Shown here in pieces: positions 43,538 to 51,947 of a stretch of 64,000 nucleotides of DNA. The DNA lies in sequence record OZ196593.1; one strand, given 5' to 3'. The position numbers and the translations under genes were made by a program. Each line of letters starts with the position of its first letter. Position 1 is the stretch's first letter. Below the pieces are notes generated by a model. That model was not told the DNA's origin. It searched no databases and saw nothing but the letters and a program-made list of their open reading frames with translations.

Positions 43538-44784
43538 AGTTCATCTTGAAGTTTGAAAAGGGCGATTAGATTATCGTCCTTTTCTTTTAAGTGCGTTGAG
43601 TAATCGCCTGTCCAAAACTCACAAGCTGAAACCGCAGCTTGATACACAAAGTTTTCCAATTCACCGTAGCGTTCTGCATACGGTTCCAACTCATCAATGA
43701 GTATTTTCAAACGTCGTACCGTGTCATCTAGAACTTCTGGTGCGAGATCTTCGACAATCAGCTCTGGTCTACCCGTCACATATTCAAATGAACAGCAATT
43801 CACACCCATATCTTTATACTCAGTCAATATTTCGCGTAGAAACTCTGGCATATGCGGGTATGTGATGCGTGTAACGCACGCTGCGATGTTGTAACACACT
43901 TCAGGGTTGTAAGCTATGTATTCACGCAAATTCTTCTTCACGTGCTCTGTGTTCGTTCCTAGACGCTGGTAGTCATTTATCTCTGCAATCGAATCGATGC
44001 TGAAATTCACGACATGTAAGTTGGGTTGGTCAAGCATTGTTCGAATACGGTCATTCAGCTTGATCGTACCATTCGTCACGACACCAATTTCACTTGTGCT
44101 TTCAACGATGAAATCAATCGTCTTGTTATTCATCAATGGCTCACCGCCAACTACCGATGTGATCGTGTGACTGTCAGTGTATTTGTGAATCGTAGATGGG
44201 TTGATTTCTTTCTCAAGTGGCACGAAACATGCTTCGACGGAATTCAATTTCTCGCTTTGTTTACGAGCAGTCGGATGTTTGTCGTATTTCTTGCGAATCT
44301 TATTTGATGCATATGAATTACACATGCGGCATTCGAGGTTACAATTACTGCCGAAACTGATTACATTGTTTTTCAGTTTGACGTTTGTATTGTCGTAATC
44401 CCATGAACCATCTTCGCCAGTCTCAACGAAAATATCTTCAGCATCTTGACCGCGCAATAAACGCAATCGACTTCGATGTTCTTTTGACACTTCATCACAG
44501 AAAACAGTTTTACCCCGAGTTTCGATACACTGAGCGCACACTTTATTCATCGGCTGTTCGCCAATCATTTGCAAGCGTAGATTTTTCATCGCTTTTGTGT
44601 TCATATCTTTGTTGAGTTCGAAAGGCGTGTCGTCGTAGACATACTCAGGGTCGAGTTCTTTCATGTGAGCTGACAGCCAACAACAAGGGGCGATTTCATT
44701 GTTCGCCCCAATTTGCAGACCAGCCCAGGGATAGTGACACGGAACCGTATCAGGAATTTGTGGCGTGGCGTATGTGTTCTGCAT
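43522..44784 (-). CDS. Radical SAM protein 4 (same architecture)
   Basis: CHYPW..APCC..CAQC; CNLECRMC; GGEPL; TNGT; FSIDS. Confidence 0.92.
   Translation of the reverse strand: MQNTYATPQIPDTVPCHYPWAGLQIGANNEIAPCCWLSAHMKELDPEYVYDDTPFELNKDMNTKAMKNLRLQMIGEQPMNKVCAQCIETRGKTVFCDEVSKEHRSRLRLLRGQDAEDIFVETGEDGSWDYDNTNVKLKNNVISFGSNCNLECRMCNSYASNKIRKKYDKHPTARKQSEKLNSVEACFVPLEKEINPSTIHKYTDSHTITSVVGGEPLMNNKTIDFIVESTSEIGVVTNGTIKLNDRIRTMLDQPNLHVVNFSIDSIAEINDYQRLGTNTEHVKKNLREYIAYNPEVCYNIAACVTRITYPHMPEFLREILTEYKDMGVNCCSFEYVTGRPELIVEDLAPEVLDDTVRRLKILIDELEPYAERYGELENFVYQAAVSACEFWTGDYSTHLKEKDDNLIALFKLQDELHELK
43556..43588 (+). terminator. Terminator of the plus-strand operon, inside the 3' end of the convergent gene
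   Basis: AAAAGGGCGAT...ATCGTCCTTTTCTTTT. Confidence 0.6.
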
Positions 44785-45763
44785 ATTTTTTATCTCTCAT
44801 TTCAATAATATTTTCAAGTAACTCTAGGTGCTCTGCATTGCACATTTGACCTAGCAGTCTTTCATCGTCTTTGAGATATTTAATAAGCAAAGAAAAGTCG
44901 GCACAGAATATACCCTGTCCCAATCGATGTAGAGGTACACCAATCTGCATTTCTTTTTTCACACGCTCGAATTGATAGTGGAAGTATTTTTGTTCATACA
45001 GATACTGAACGATTCGACGGTCTTCTGTGTGATGACGTGTCAATTCGCGAATGAAATCTTCTTCAGTTTCCATATGGTTTAGATGTGTCCACGTACGTAT
45101 GTTGTACGCGTTACTGATCACTTTGAAATTGCCATTGATCATGATGTTCAAGAACTCTTGATCACAATATCGTTGATAGTACAAGTCGCACCACATTCTG
45201 AAATCTGGTAGATTCAGCTTGCGCCATTCTGCACAGTCAGCAACAACAAGCCCTGCATTGAACGTCATCGGTACTGATTTAAGTAGCGCGATGAACTTTT
45301 CGCTTGCATCGGGGTGATCTAGATTGCGCCAGTAGTCATAATGACCGTCCATGCCGAAATCTTTATGCCAATCCATGTTACTTGCCATCGGTTTACCCTC
45401 AAGATCGCAAGTCACTAACTCGTCAAGATTGCCACACGCAACCATATCTAAGTCGAAGTAGATGGCGCGTTCATATTTCCCCTCACGAGCTGCGTGCTCT
45501 AATGAGTCAGGACAAAGACTGAACGCAGGTAAAGCAAACGCTTGATCCCCGTCTAATCCCTCAAGATCATGTTTCGGTAGTTCGATGATCTCGACTGGGA
45601 ATTCATCTATAACACATGGTACAGTTTCAGCATCATTCGTGTACCAACGATAATCAACGTCTTCAGTAATATTGTCATGAATTGAGCGAAGTACGATATT
45701 ACCCCACTTCGCATAGTCAATGTTTTGGTTACTGGTAGCGACGTACACTACGCATTTAGCCAA
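44750..45763 (-). CDS. Glycosyltransferase family 8-like (GT-A); TTG start after GGAG RBS
   Basis: YFDLDMV (DxD), FNAGLVVAD, DQEFLN, AYN motifs. Confidence 0.85.
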   Translation of the reverse strand: MAKCVVYVATSNQNIDYAKWGNIVLRSIHDNITEDVDYRWYTNDAETVPCVIDEFPVEIIELPKHDLEGLDGDQAFALPAFSLCPDSLEHAAREGKYERAIYFDLDMVACGNLDELVTCDLEGKPMASNMDWHKDFGMDGHYDYWRNLDHPDASEKFIALLKSVPMTFNAGLVVADCAEWRKLNLPDFRMWCDLYYQRYCDQEFLNIMINGNFKVISNAYNIRTWTHLNHMETEEDFIRELTRHHTEDRRIVQYLYEQKYFHYQFERVKKEMQIGVPLHRLGQGIFCADFSLLIKYLKDDERLLGQMCNAEHLELLENIIEMRDKKYAEHIRHATNS

Positions 45764-46835
45764 TGTATTTCTCCCAAGGTGAAGCATCCCACGAAGAGCG
45801 TACTTCTTTTTCAGAAACAGAGAACGTGTCAACGGTCTCAATCAAAACGCCAAGAACTTCAACGGGATCGCTGTAATCTGAAATGTCGATTACTGAATCT
45901 TTGTCAAGGTCGATGTCAGCGCCTTTCAAAATGTATTTGTACGAGTCGATGACGTTTTCAGATACCGATTCGATGTTGTGCAAGTTGTAGTCGATAACCA
46001 TTGCAGCTTCACACAAGTCTTTCACTTCAGATGAATCAATAGTCGTGATGATATCGATTTTGAAACCAAGCGGTGCGACCGACTGTAGAATCGAATCAAG
46101 CTCGTCTTTCTGATTACACACAATGCCCAATGAGTTCGTGTTGATGACGCTTACAAGGTCATACAGCTCGATAAATTCACGATTTACGATATCATTCAGC
46201 TCTGGACGAACGTTGTCGATGTACAGTTGAGAATGGGGAATCGACCAAGTGATATTTTCAAGGTCATTTGTACACTTGCCGCTGAAGCTCAAGCACTTCT
46301 TATCAGTCCCGCCAAGCTTATTGATCATGTGATCTGCTTGCTCAGAGAATGACACGAATGTTTGAATGCTACCAAAGTCAGCCGTTTCGTCAGTCAACCC
46401 GTCGAAAATAAATGCTGTTTTGTACTTTGATGATAGATGACGCACAAGCGTATCTTCGCGCAGCGGTGCAAGTAAGATAATCTTTTTGAAGTTCAGACGA
46501 TTCAACGAGTTTACCGAAAGCTGTAGTCGTGAAATATCGCGCACAGCGTCTTCGTAGTTCATCGTATCATCAACCATAATCGCGATTGTCGAACCGTCGA
46601 TATCAACATTGGTATCTTCTTCACGAATTCGAAGCAATCCCCATTCGAATTCAATCTGTTCTTTCGTAACTTCGATGATGTTGTCAAAGCTGTCTTTCAG
46701 TGTTGCGCACTTAGCGTCAGCGTCACACTCAAGCACTTCATACGTGCGGTCATCGGGGTCAAGTGAAGACACGACATAAAGCATTTTCTCTTGAAAATAC
46801 TTCGGATTGTCGCGCAGTTCTTTAATCGTTATCAT
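45756..46835 (-). CDS. Acidic hypothetical protein, possibly a degenerate Rossmann/GT-A-like fold
   Basis: 359 aa; alpha/beta pattern TIAIMV...LSVNSL..KKIILL; coupled to both neighbours. Confidence 0.6.
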   Translation of the reverse strand: MITIKELRDNPKYFQEKMLYVVSSLDPDDRTYEVLECDADAKCATLKDSFDNIIEVTKEQIEFEWGLLRIREEDTNVDIDGSTIAIMVDDTMNYEDAVRDISRLQLSVNSLNRLNFKKIILLAPLREDTLVRHLSSKYKTAFIFDGLTDETADFGSIQTFVSFSEQADHMINKLGGTDKKCLSFSGKCTNDLENITWSIPHSQLYIDNVRPELNDIVNREFIELYDLVSVINTNSLGIVCNQKDELDSILQSVAPLGFKIDIITTIDSSEVKDLCEAAMVIDYNLHNIESVSENVIDSYKYILKGADIDLDKDSVIDISDYSDPVEVLGVLIETVDTFSVSEKEVRSSWDASPWEKYIG

Positions 46836-47509
46836 GTTTTAATCCTATTTTTGAACACAAGTGACATGTAAGAGTATGAACCCGAAATGCCGCCTGTCTG
46901 ACTGCCATAACTATTTGATACTGTGCCTAACGACGCGCCACTTTTGTAACCTGCTAGAGACGTGCTTGTTGTATTGAACACAGCGTAACCAGAGTTTGCG
47001 TGATAAATGTAGTAGTACACTCTATATAGTGTCGCAGTACCGTACCATGCACCCCATGATGGGTAACGACCACTATCCATTAGACCTTTAACAGCAGCTA
47101 AGTTTGTGCTTCCGTCTTTCACGTAAGCCCACGTGTTGTAGCCGCCACTCGCCCCTGATACTGTAATTGAACGACTTGTGTTGTTATTGATCCATGAACC
47201 AACTGGTGCATAGTAGAACGTACCGTCGATGTTATCGTAACGTTTCGTCGTGAACTGAAAACGTACTTGAATCGCGTCCATCCAAAGACCGTGATTGTCG
47301 CTCGTAGCTGAACCGGCTAGGTTGTACATTGACACTGCGCCATTGTCTGGCATTAGTGTATCGCCGTTCGTACCCCAGTATGTGTAACGCGGCAATTGAT
47401 TGGCAGTTGAAACCGACTGAGTTGACGTGTGTACTTGACGGTAGTTGCTCAATGCAGTTCCGTAGTTCTTACACCAAGCGTCACGAATCGCTGTAATTGA
47501 AACACTCAT
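46832..47509 (-). CDS. Late Gly/Ser/Thr/Tyr-rich protein; putative tail-fibre adhesin or virion appendage
   Basis: Composition; P..GAVSMYNLAGS resembles the N-terminal attachment motif of gp38-like adhesins; perfect late promoter upstream. Confidence 0.55.
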   Translation of the reverse strand: MSVSITAIRDAWCKNYGTALSNYRQVHTSTQSVSTANQLPRYTYWGTNGDTLMPDNGAVSMYNLAGSATSDNHGLWMDAIQVRFQFTTKRYDNIDGTFYYAPVGSWINNNTSRSITVSGASGGYNTWAYVKDGSTNLAAVKGLMDSGRYPSWGAWYGTATLYRVYYYIYHANSGYAVFNTTSTSLAGYKSGASLGTVSNSYGSQTGGISGSYSYMSLVFKNRIKT

Positions 47510-47554
47510 TATTAATGTCCTCAGTGTTTAAAATTGAAATAAGTAGCTATACAA

Positions 47555-47562
47555 TATTTATA
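47555..47562 (-). promoter_or_regulatory. T4-type late promoter
   Basis: TATTTATA on plus = TATAAATA on minus, 45 nt upstream of the 47509 start. Confidence 0.75.
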
Positions 47563-47584
47563 GTTAACACATAGCGAGAAAATC

Positions 47585-48055
47585 ATGAGAAATTATAGCG
47601 ATCTACTGTTCAACGTACTGACGAATGGTCGTCCAGTATCAAATACTGAAATTCAATTGCAAGGCGTTACGTTTGAACACAGCGCGCCACACGCCCCAAT
47701 CACGTGCATGTTCGATCATGAGATCAAGTTCGAAGAAGATGAAACTCACGTAATCGATATGATTGACGAGTTGACCTATGTCAAGCAAGTCGGTGTTGTG
47801 TCGCCTTTACAGATGTATATTGAGACTGTTCACGGCTACTTAAATACACTGTATCGCTCACAAAAGACTGGACAGCCAGTCGGTCGCATCGTCATTCAAG
47901 CTGAAGCAGTTGAAGTTAAGCGCGAAGACATGGACGCGTATTTGAATATCATCGGTAAAGAAATGGTGTTCGGGCCGCGTCTTGAAGGGTCGCCAGTAAC
48001 GGCAGAATTCGTTGACGGTGAGCTGAAATTAAACAACTTCAATATCATTGGGTAA
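47585..48055 (+). CDS. Truncated or degenerate thymidylate-synthase-fold protein
   Basis: YSDLLFNVLTNG resembles the TS N-terminus; QKTGQPVGRIVI and GPRL...NFNIIG resemble the TS C-terminus; catalytic PCH absent. Confidence 0.45.
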   Translation: MRNYSDLLFNVLTNGRPVSNTEIQLQGVTFEHSAPHAPITCMFDHEIKFEEDETHVIDMIDELTYVKQVGVVSPLQMYIETVHGYLNTLYRSQKTGQPVGRIVIQAEAVEVKREDMDAYLNIIGKEMVFGPRLEGSPVTAEFVDGELKLNNFNIIG

Positions 48056-48060
48056 AATAA

Positions 48061-48510
48061 ATGAAAAAACTTCTTGCAATTGCTGCAACAGCACTGCTAT
48101 TATCAGCTCCAGTTCAAGCAGATGACATTTCGCTTCACATCGGGTCATATACACATGCGTGGGATGACGACCGAATGAACGAACAGTCATTTAACATCGG
48201 TGGTCGTTATGAAGACTTCGCGTTCGGTTACATTGATCGCAACGTCTTTGACAATCACAGTGTTTATGCTTATTGGAACCCTCGCGTTTACAAGTCAGAA
48301 CATTTCGACTTCGGCTTTGCACTTGGTGCACAGACGGGTTGGGAAGATGACGCTTGCTACGACGGCTGGGGTTATGAAGACAAATTTACAATCGGTGATC
48401 ATATTGCACCGCTAGTTGGTCTGACAGCAGAAGCTAAAGTCGGTGACGTTGGCATTGAAACTGTCATCACGCCTATGCTAGTGCGTACAAACTTTGTGAT
48501 TCACTTCTAA
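48061..48510 (+). CDS. Secreted small outer-membrane beta-barrel, PagP-like
   Basis: Signal peptide (VQA/DD), alternating beta strands, H..D..R.NE...GG and FDFGFALG motifs, C-terminal Phe. Confidence 0.55.
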   Translation: MKKLLAIAATALLLSAPVQADDISLHIGSYTHAWDDDRMNEQSFNIGGRYEDFAFGYIDRNVFDNHSVYAYWNPRVYKSEHFDFGFALGAQTGWEDDACYDGWGYEDKFTIGDHIAPLVGLTAEAKVGDVGIETVITPMLVRTNFVIHF

Positions 48511-48520
48511 GGGTGAATAA

Positions 48521-49327
48521 ATGGAGCTAACAGAATCGATTACAGTTCATGGTCGAGCGTTGCACACTGAGAAAGCGGTTGGGGTGATTTTACACCCCGC
48601 TGAACACGGCATATCATTTACGATTAAAGGGGCTACTTTTCATAGCTCGTCGCGCTCAACCGTTTCGAAAGAACTATGTTCGATGATGATGTTTGATATC
48701 AAACGTCATGTTCTGACGTACGAACATCTTTTAGCTGCACTGAATCAGTTGCACATCCCGAACATTCGCATTGAATTGCTTGATGGTGCAACTGAACTGC
48801 CAATTCTTGACGGTTCCGCTCAGGGTTGGGTTGATTTGTTGAAGTACAACATCAAGTCGATGGGGCAGACTAAATTTAATCAGATTAAATTAATCAAGCC
48901 TGTTACTGTGCGCGATGGCGATGCGTATATCATTGCGCTACCGTCACGTGAGCCGGTTTACTCGTACGAGCAAAACTTCGATCTTCACGCGACTCAAAGC
49001 ATGACGAGAATGAAAATGTTCAACTTGTCTCGCGGTGATTGGTTTGATATCATGGCTGAACCGACGATTACCGTCGAAGGCATGGGCAACGAGCACAAAT
49101 ACAACACTGGTTTTTCGAATTACATCTCCGACGAAAGCACGTCGTGCCATCGCGACTCGCTTGTAAATCACAAGTTACTAGACTTGATCGGTGATACGTA
49201 CGCAAACGGTATGCGCTTAATCGCAGACATCGAAGCGTACAAAACGGGTCATTCGCATAACAACATGTTGATGCGAAAGATATTGAGTGATGAGACGAAT
49301 TACATCATCGTTCAAAAAGAAGTTTAA
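48521..49327 (+). CDS. lpxC: LpxC-family Zn-dependent deacetylase
   Basis: G..LHT.K, TYEHLLAAL, ELPILDGSA, NHKLLDLIGD, AYKTGH..N: all catalytic and Zn motifs present. Confidence 0.9.
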   Translation: MELTESITVHGRALHTEKAVGVILHPAEHGISFTIKGATFHSSSRSTVSKELCSMMMFDIKRHVLTYEHLLAALNQLHIPNIRIELLDGATELPILDGSAQGWVDLLKYNIKSMGQTKFNQIKLIKPVTVRDGDAYIIALPSREPVYSYEQNFDLHATQSMTRMKMFNLSRGDWFDIMAEPTITVEGMGNEHKYNTGFSNYISDESTSCHRDSLVNHKLLDLIGDTYANGMRLIADIEAYKTGHSHNNMLMRKILSDETNYIIVQKEV

Positions 49328-49387
49328 CAGCAACAAAAACTGACTCATAATAGAGTCTCAATCAATCGCATATTTGGGGAGTCCATC

Positions 49388-50947
49388 ATGCAAAAATTAA
49401 ATAAAGTAACACAAGCAATCGGTCAAATTCAAAACATCGGAACAGGCACTAACTTCATTGGTGCGTCAACTAACATCGTAACGGCAGTTGACAGTTATAA
49501 AGTCTCACACTGGTCACAATTCCCACGCGGTCTTGAGATCAGCCAATATTACGTCGAAAGCCGAGGCGGCAAGTTCGACAAGATTATGGTCGATGGTATT
49601 GCACGTATGTGTCGTATTCTCGAAAAGGGTGTTTCGAAAGGTGATGTAGCGTATGCGAAGCGATTGTTCAAGAAGCACTTTGGTTCTGAAGTGTTCAATG
49701 ACAAGGGGTTTGATATCATCGTCAACGAACTGAACGGCAAACTGCCAATCAAGATTCGTGCGGTGAAAGAGGGCATCGTCGTGCCGACAAAACACCCAAT
49801 CTTGACAGTTGAGAACACAGATTCACGTTTCGGCTGGTTACCTGGCTATCTTGAAACGTTCGTCTTGCGTGCTATCTGGTACCCGACTACAGTAGCGACT
49901 ATTTCGTTTGAAGTTAAGAAAATCATCCGCCAGTACATGAAGAAGACTGTAGATGATGAGCTTATCCCTCAACTCGAACCGTTTAAGCTTCACGACTTTG
50001 GAGCACGTGGTGTCTCTAGTGCAGAATCAGCAGCGATTGGCGGCTCTTCTCACTTGAAAAACTTTTTAGGCACTGACACGGTAGAAGCACTGGTTGACGT
50101 TGAAGAGCTTTACGGCGATGATTTAGAAGATTTCATCGCGGGATTCTCTATCCCTGCACGTGAGCACTCAACAACAACAATCTACAAGAAAATGGGCGAA
50201 GACCTAGCGTTCTTGAACTCGATTGACCAATGGGGTGGCGGTCTATACGCTTGTGTAATGGATTCATACGATTACGAAGCAGCTATGGAACGTGTATCAA
50301 CTGGTCGATTCAAAGAACTGATCATCAGTAAAGGCGGAACGTTCATCGCTCGTCCTGACTCTGGTGTGCCAGTAGATGTAGTCATGAAAGGTCTAGAAAT
50401 TCTCGGTAAGAACGTTGGCTACACAGTCAATAGCAAGGGCTACAAAGTGTTACACCCTAGCTACCGCATCATTCAAGGTGACGGTGTGAATATCGAAGAG
50501 ATTCGCAGAATCTTAGACTTCATGGAAGCTAAGGGCTGGTCTGCGGAAAACATTGCATTCGGCATGGGTGGTGGTTTGCTTCAGCAATCTGACCGTGATA
50601 CTCAACGTTTCGCAATGAAAATGTCAGCAGCAATCATCAACGGTGAATACGTTTCTGTGTTCAAGATGCCAAAGACTGACCCAAGCAAAGCTTCTAAAGC
50701 GGGATTCTTGGATCTTATCGCGGTAAAACCAGACGAGCCAAACCCAGCCGCACGCGGTTATGTTACTGTCTCGACTGAGAGCTATGAATCACGCGTACAC
50801 CCGAACAGTGTTATGGTGACTGTGTTTGAAGATGGTGAAACAGTTTACGACTTCTCACTTGCAGAGGCGCGCCACTTCTCTGACGAACAAGCGAACTTTC
50901 TTAACGAAGGCGAGTGGAAAATCAATAAAAAGCCATTAACGGCTTAA
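49388..50947 (+). CDS. nadV: Nicotinamide phosphoribosyltransferase
   Basis: DSYKVSH, LHDFGARG, GTDT, EHS, DSYD, RPDSG, IQGDG, FGMGGGLLQ, KTDPSKASKAG. Confidence 0.96.
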   Translation: MQKLNKVTQAIGQIQNIGTGTNFIGASTNIVTAVDSYKVSHWSQFPRGLEISQYYVESRGGKFDKIMVDGIARMCRILEKGVSKGDVAYAKRLFKKHFGSEVFNDKGFDIIVNELNGKLPIKIRAVKEGIVVPTKHPILTVENTDSRFGWLPGYLETFVLRAIWYPTTVATISFEVKKIIRQYMKKTVDDELIPQLEPFKLHDFGARGVSSAESAAIGGSSHLKNFLGTDTVEALVDVEELYGDDLEDFIAGFSIPAREHSTTTIYKKMGEDLAFLNSIDQWGGGLYACVMDSYDYEAAMERVSTGRFKELIISKGGTFIARPDSGVPVDVVMKGLEILGKNVGYTVNSKGYKVLHPSYRIIQGDGVNIEEIRRILDFMEAKGWSAENIAFGMGGGLLQQSDRDTQRFAMKMSAAIINGEYVSVFKMPKTDPSKASKAGFLDLIAVKPDEPNPAARGYVTVSTESYESRVHPNSVMVTVFEDGETVYDFSLAEARHFSDEQANFLNEGEWKINKKPLTA

Positions 50948-50968
50948 AATGTGACGTAGATCACACAA
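50947..50968. promoter_or_regulatory. CRP box (perfect core)
   Basis: AAATGTGACGTAGATCACACAA, 17/22 to consensus; centred about -62.5 from the estimated start of the promoter at 50985. Confidence 0.75.
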
Positions 50969-50977
50969 AACAATGAC

Positions 50978-51013
50978 AAAAGGGTTGCTTCGGCAACCCT
51001 TTTTGCGTATTAT
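50978..51013 (+). promoter_or_regulatory. UUCG terminator hairpin fused with early promoter
   Basis: AAAAGGGTTGC-TTCG-GCAACCCTTTTT holds TTGCTT (50985)-17-TATTAT; leader AGCTCTATCGAAACGAAAC...GAGAGAACATTATG. Confidence 0.85.
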
Positions 51014-51055
51014 AGCTCTATCGAAACGAAACGACGAAAACAAAGAGAGAACATT

Positions 51056-51947
51056 ATGCAACTAACTACTACAATGACTAAAGCGCAAAAACTTAAAGTA
51101 ATCGAAGGTTTCAACTTTGAACGTGCAACTGGTCAAAGTCAGTACAAATACCGCAACGGTACTTACATCATGGAAGGTGGTGATACTGCACGTCGTCTTC
51201 AACTTGTTTCTACTCTAATCACTGGTAAGCCATGTGAAATTGAAGAAGCATCACTTGAGAACTTCGTTGATGTTGTATACATGCAATCTGTATGTGACCG
51301 TTTCTTCAGCATGTACAATGATAAAGAAGGTCAAGACAAACTTGGTGCTAAAATTCTTGAAAGATTCGCAAAATAACGCTTGACTCGAATCACCAAAAAG
51401 CCGATAATACTTGTATTGAAACGATACAGACAAAGAGAGAACATTATGACTAAGCTAACTATCAAGCAACGCACTCATGACTTCGACGGCGAAAAAGAAA
51501 CTATCTTCACTGTAAATGGTTGTAACATCATCTATTGTGTGTTCACAAGCGATGGTCGCAATTGGGGTTATCAAGTTCGCTCGTTTGCGGGTGCTGATAA
51601 CAACAAAGTTGTTGCTACTGGTCGCAACTGGTCAGATGTTCGTTCAAAAGCGCGTAAGCTTGCACCAGAGCTTTACGCACAACACGCTGCACATCACGGG
51701 TTGTAATATGTACGCAATCAAAGCTGTAAGTCATTACGTTCAATTCGTTCTCAAGACTGTGAGCGTAAGTGGCTTCCCGAAGTATACGCGAATGTATACG
51801 TTCAATTTAGCATTAATCACCACGTTCGCTACGCGTGAAGAGTGTCAGAAAATGATCGACGAGTACGATCCTAAACCTGACGCTTGTCTGCCGTGGCGAG
51901 TATACAAACTAGATGATCACGAAATCAAACAACTGGAGTTACACTAA
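51056..51947 (+). other. Hypothetical early CDS 51056-51376, 51446-51706, 51708-51947
   Basis: Conserved leaders; promoter TTGACT-17-GATAAT at 51380-51408. Confidence 0.75.

Noticed and set aside
38048-44784. Assigning rSAMs to MoaA, PqqE, QueE, NrdG or anaerobic sulfatase maturase
   Set aside because: The architecture (Cys domain N-terminal, CRMC motif) and context lack partner genes for those pathways; no precursor peptide was identified either
43697-46000. Plus-strand ORFs within 43.7-46 kb and 54.7-56.3 kb
   Set aside because: Shadows of the motif-bearing minus-strand rSAM and GT genes
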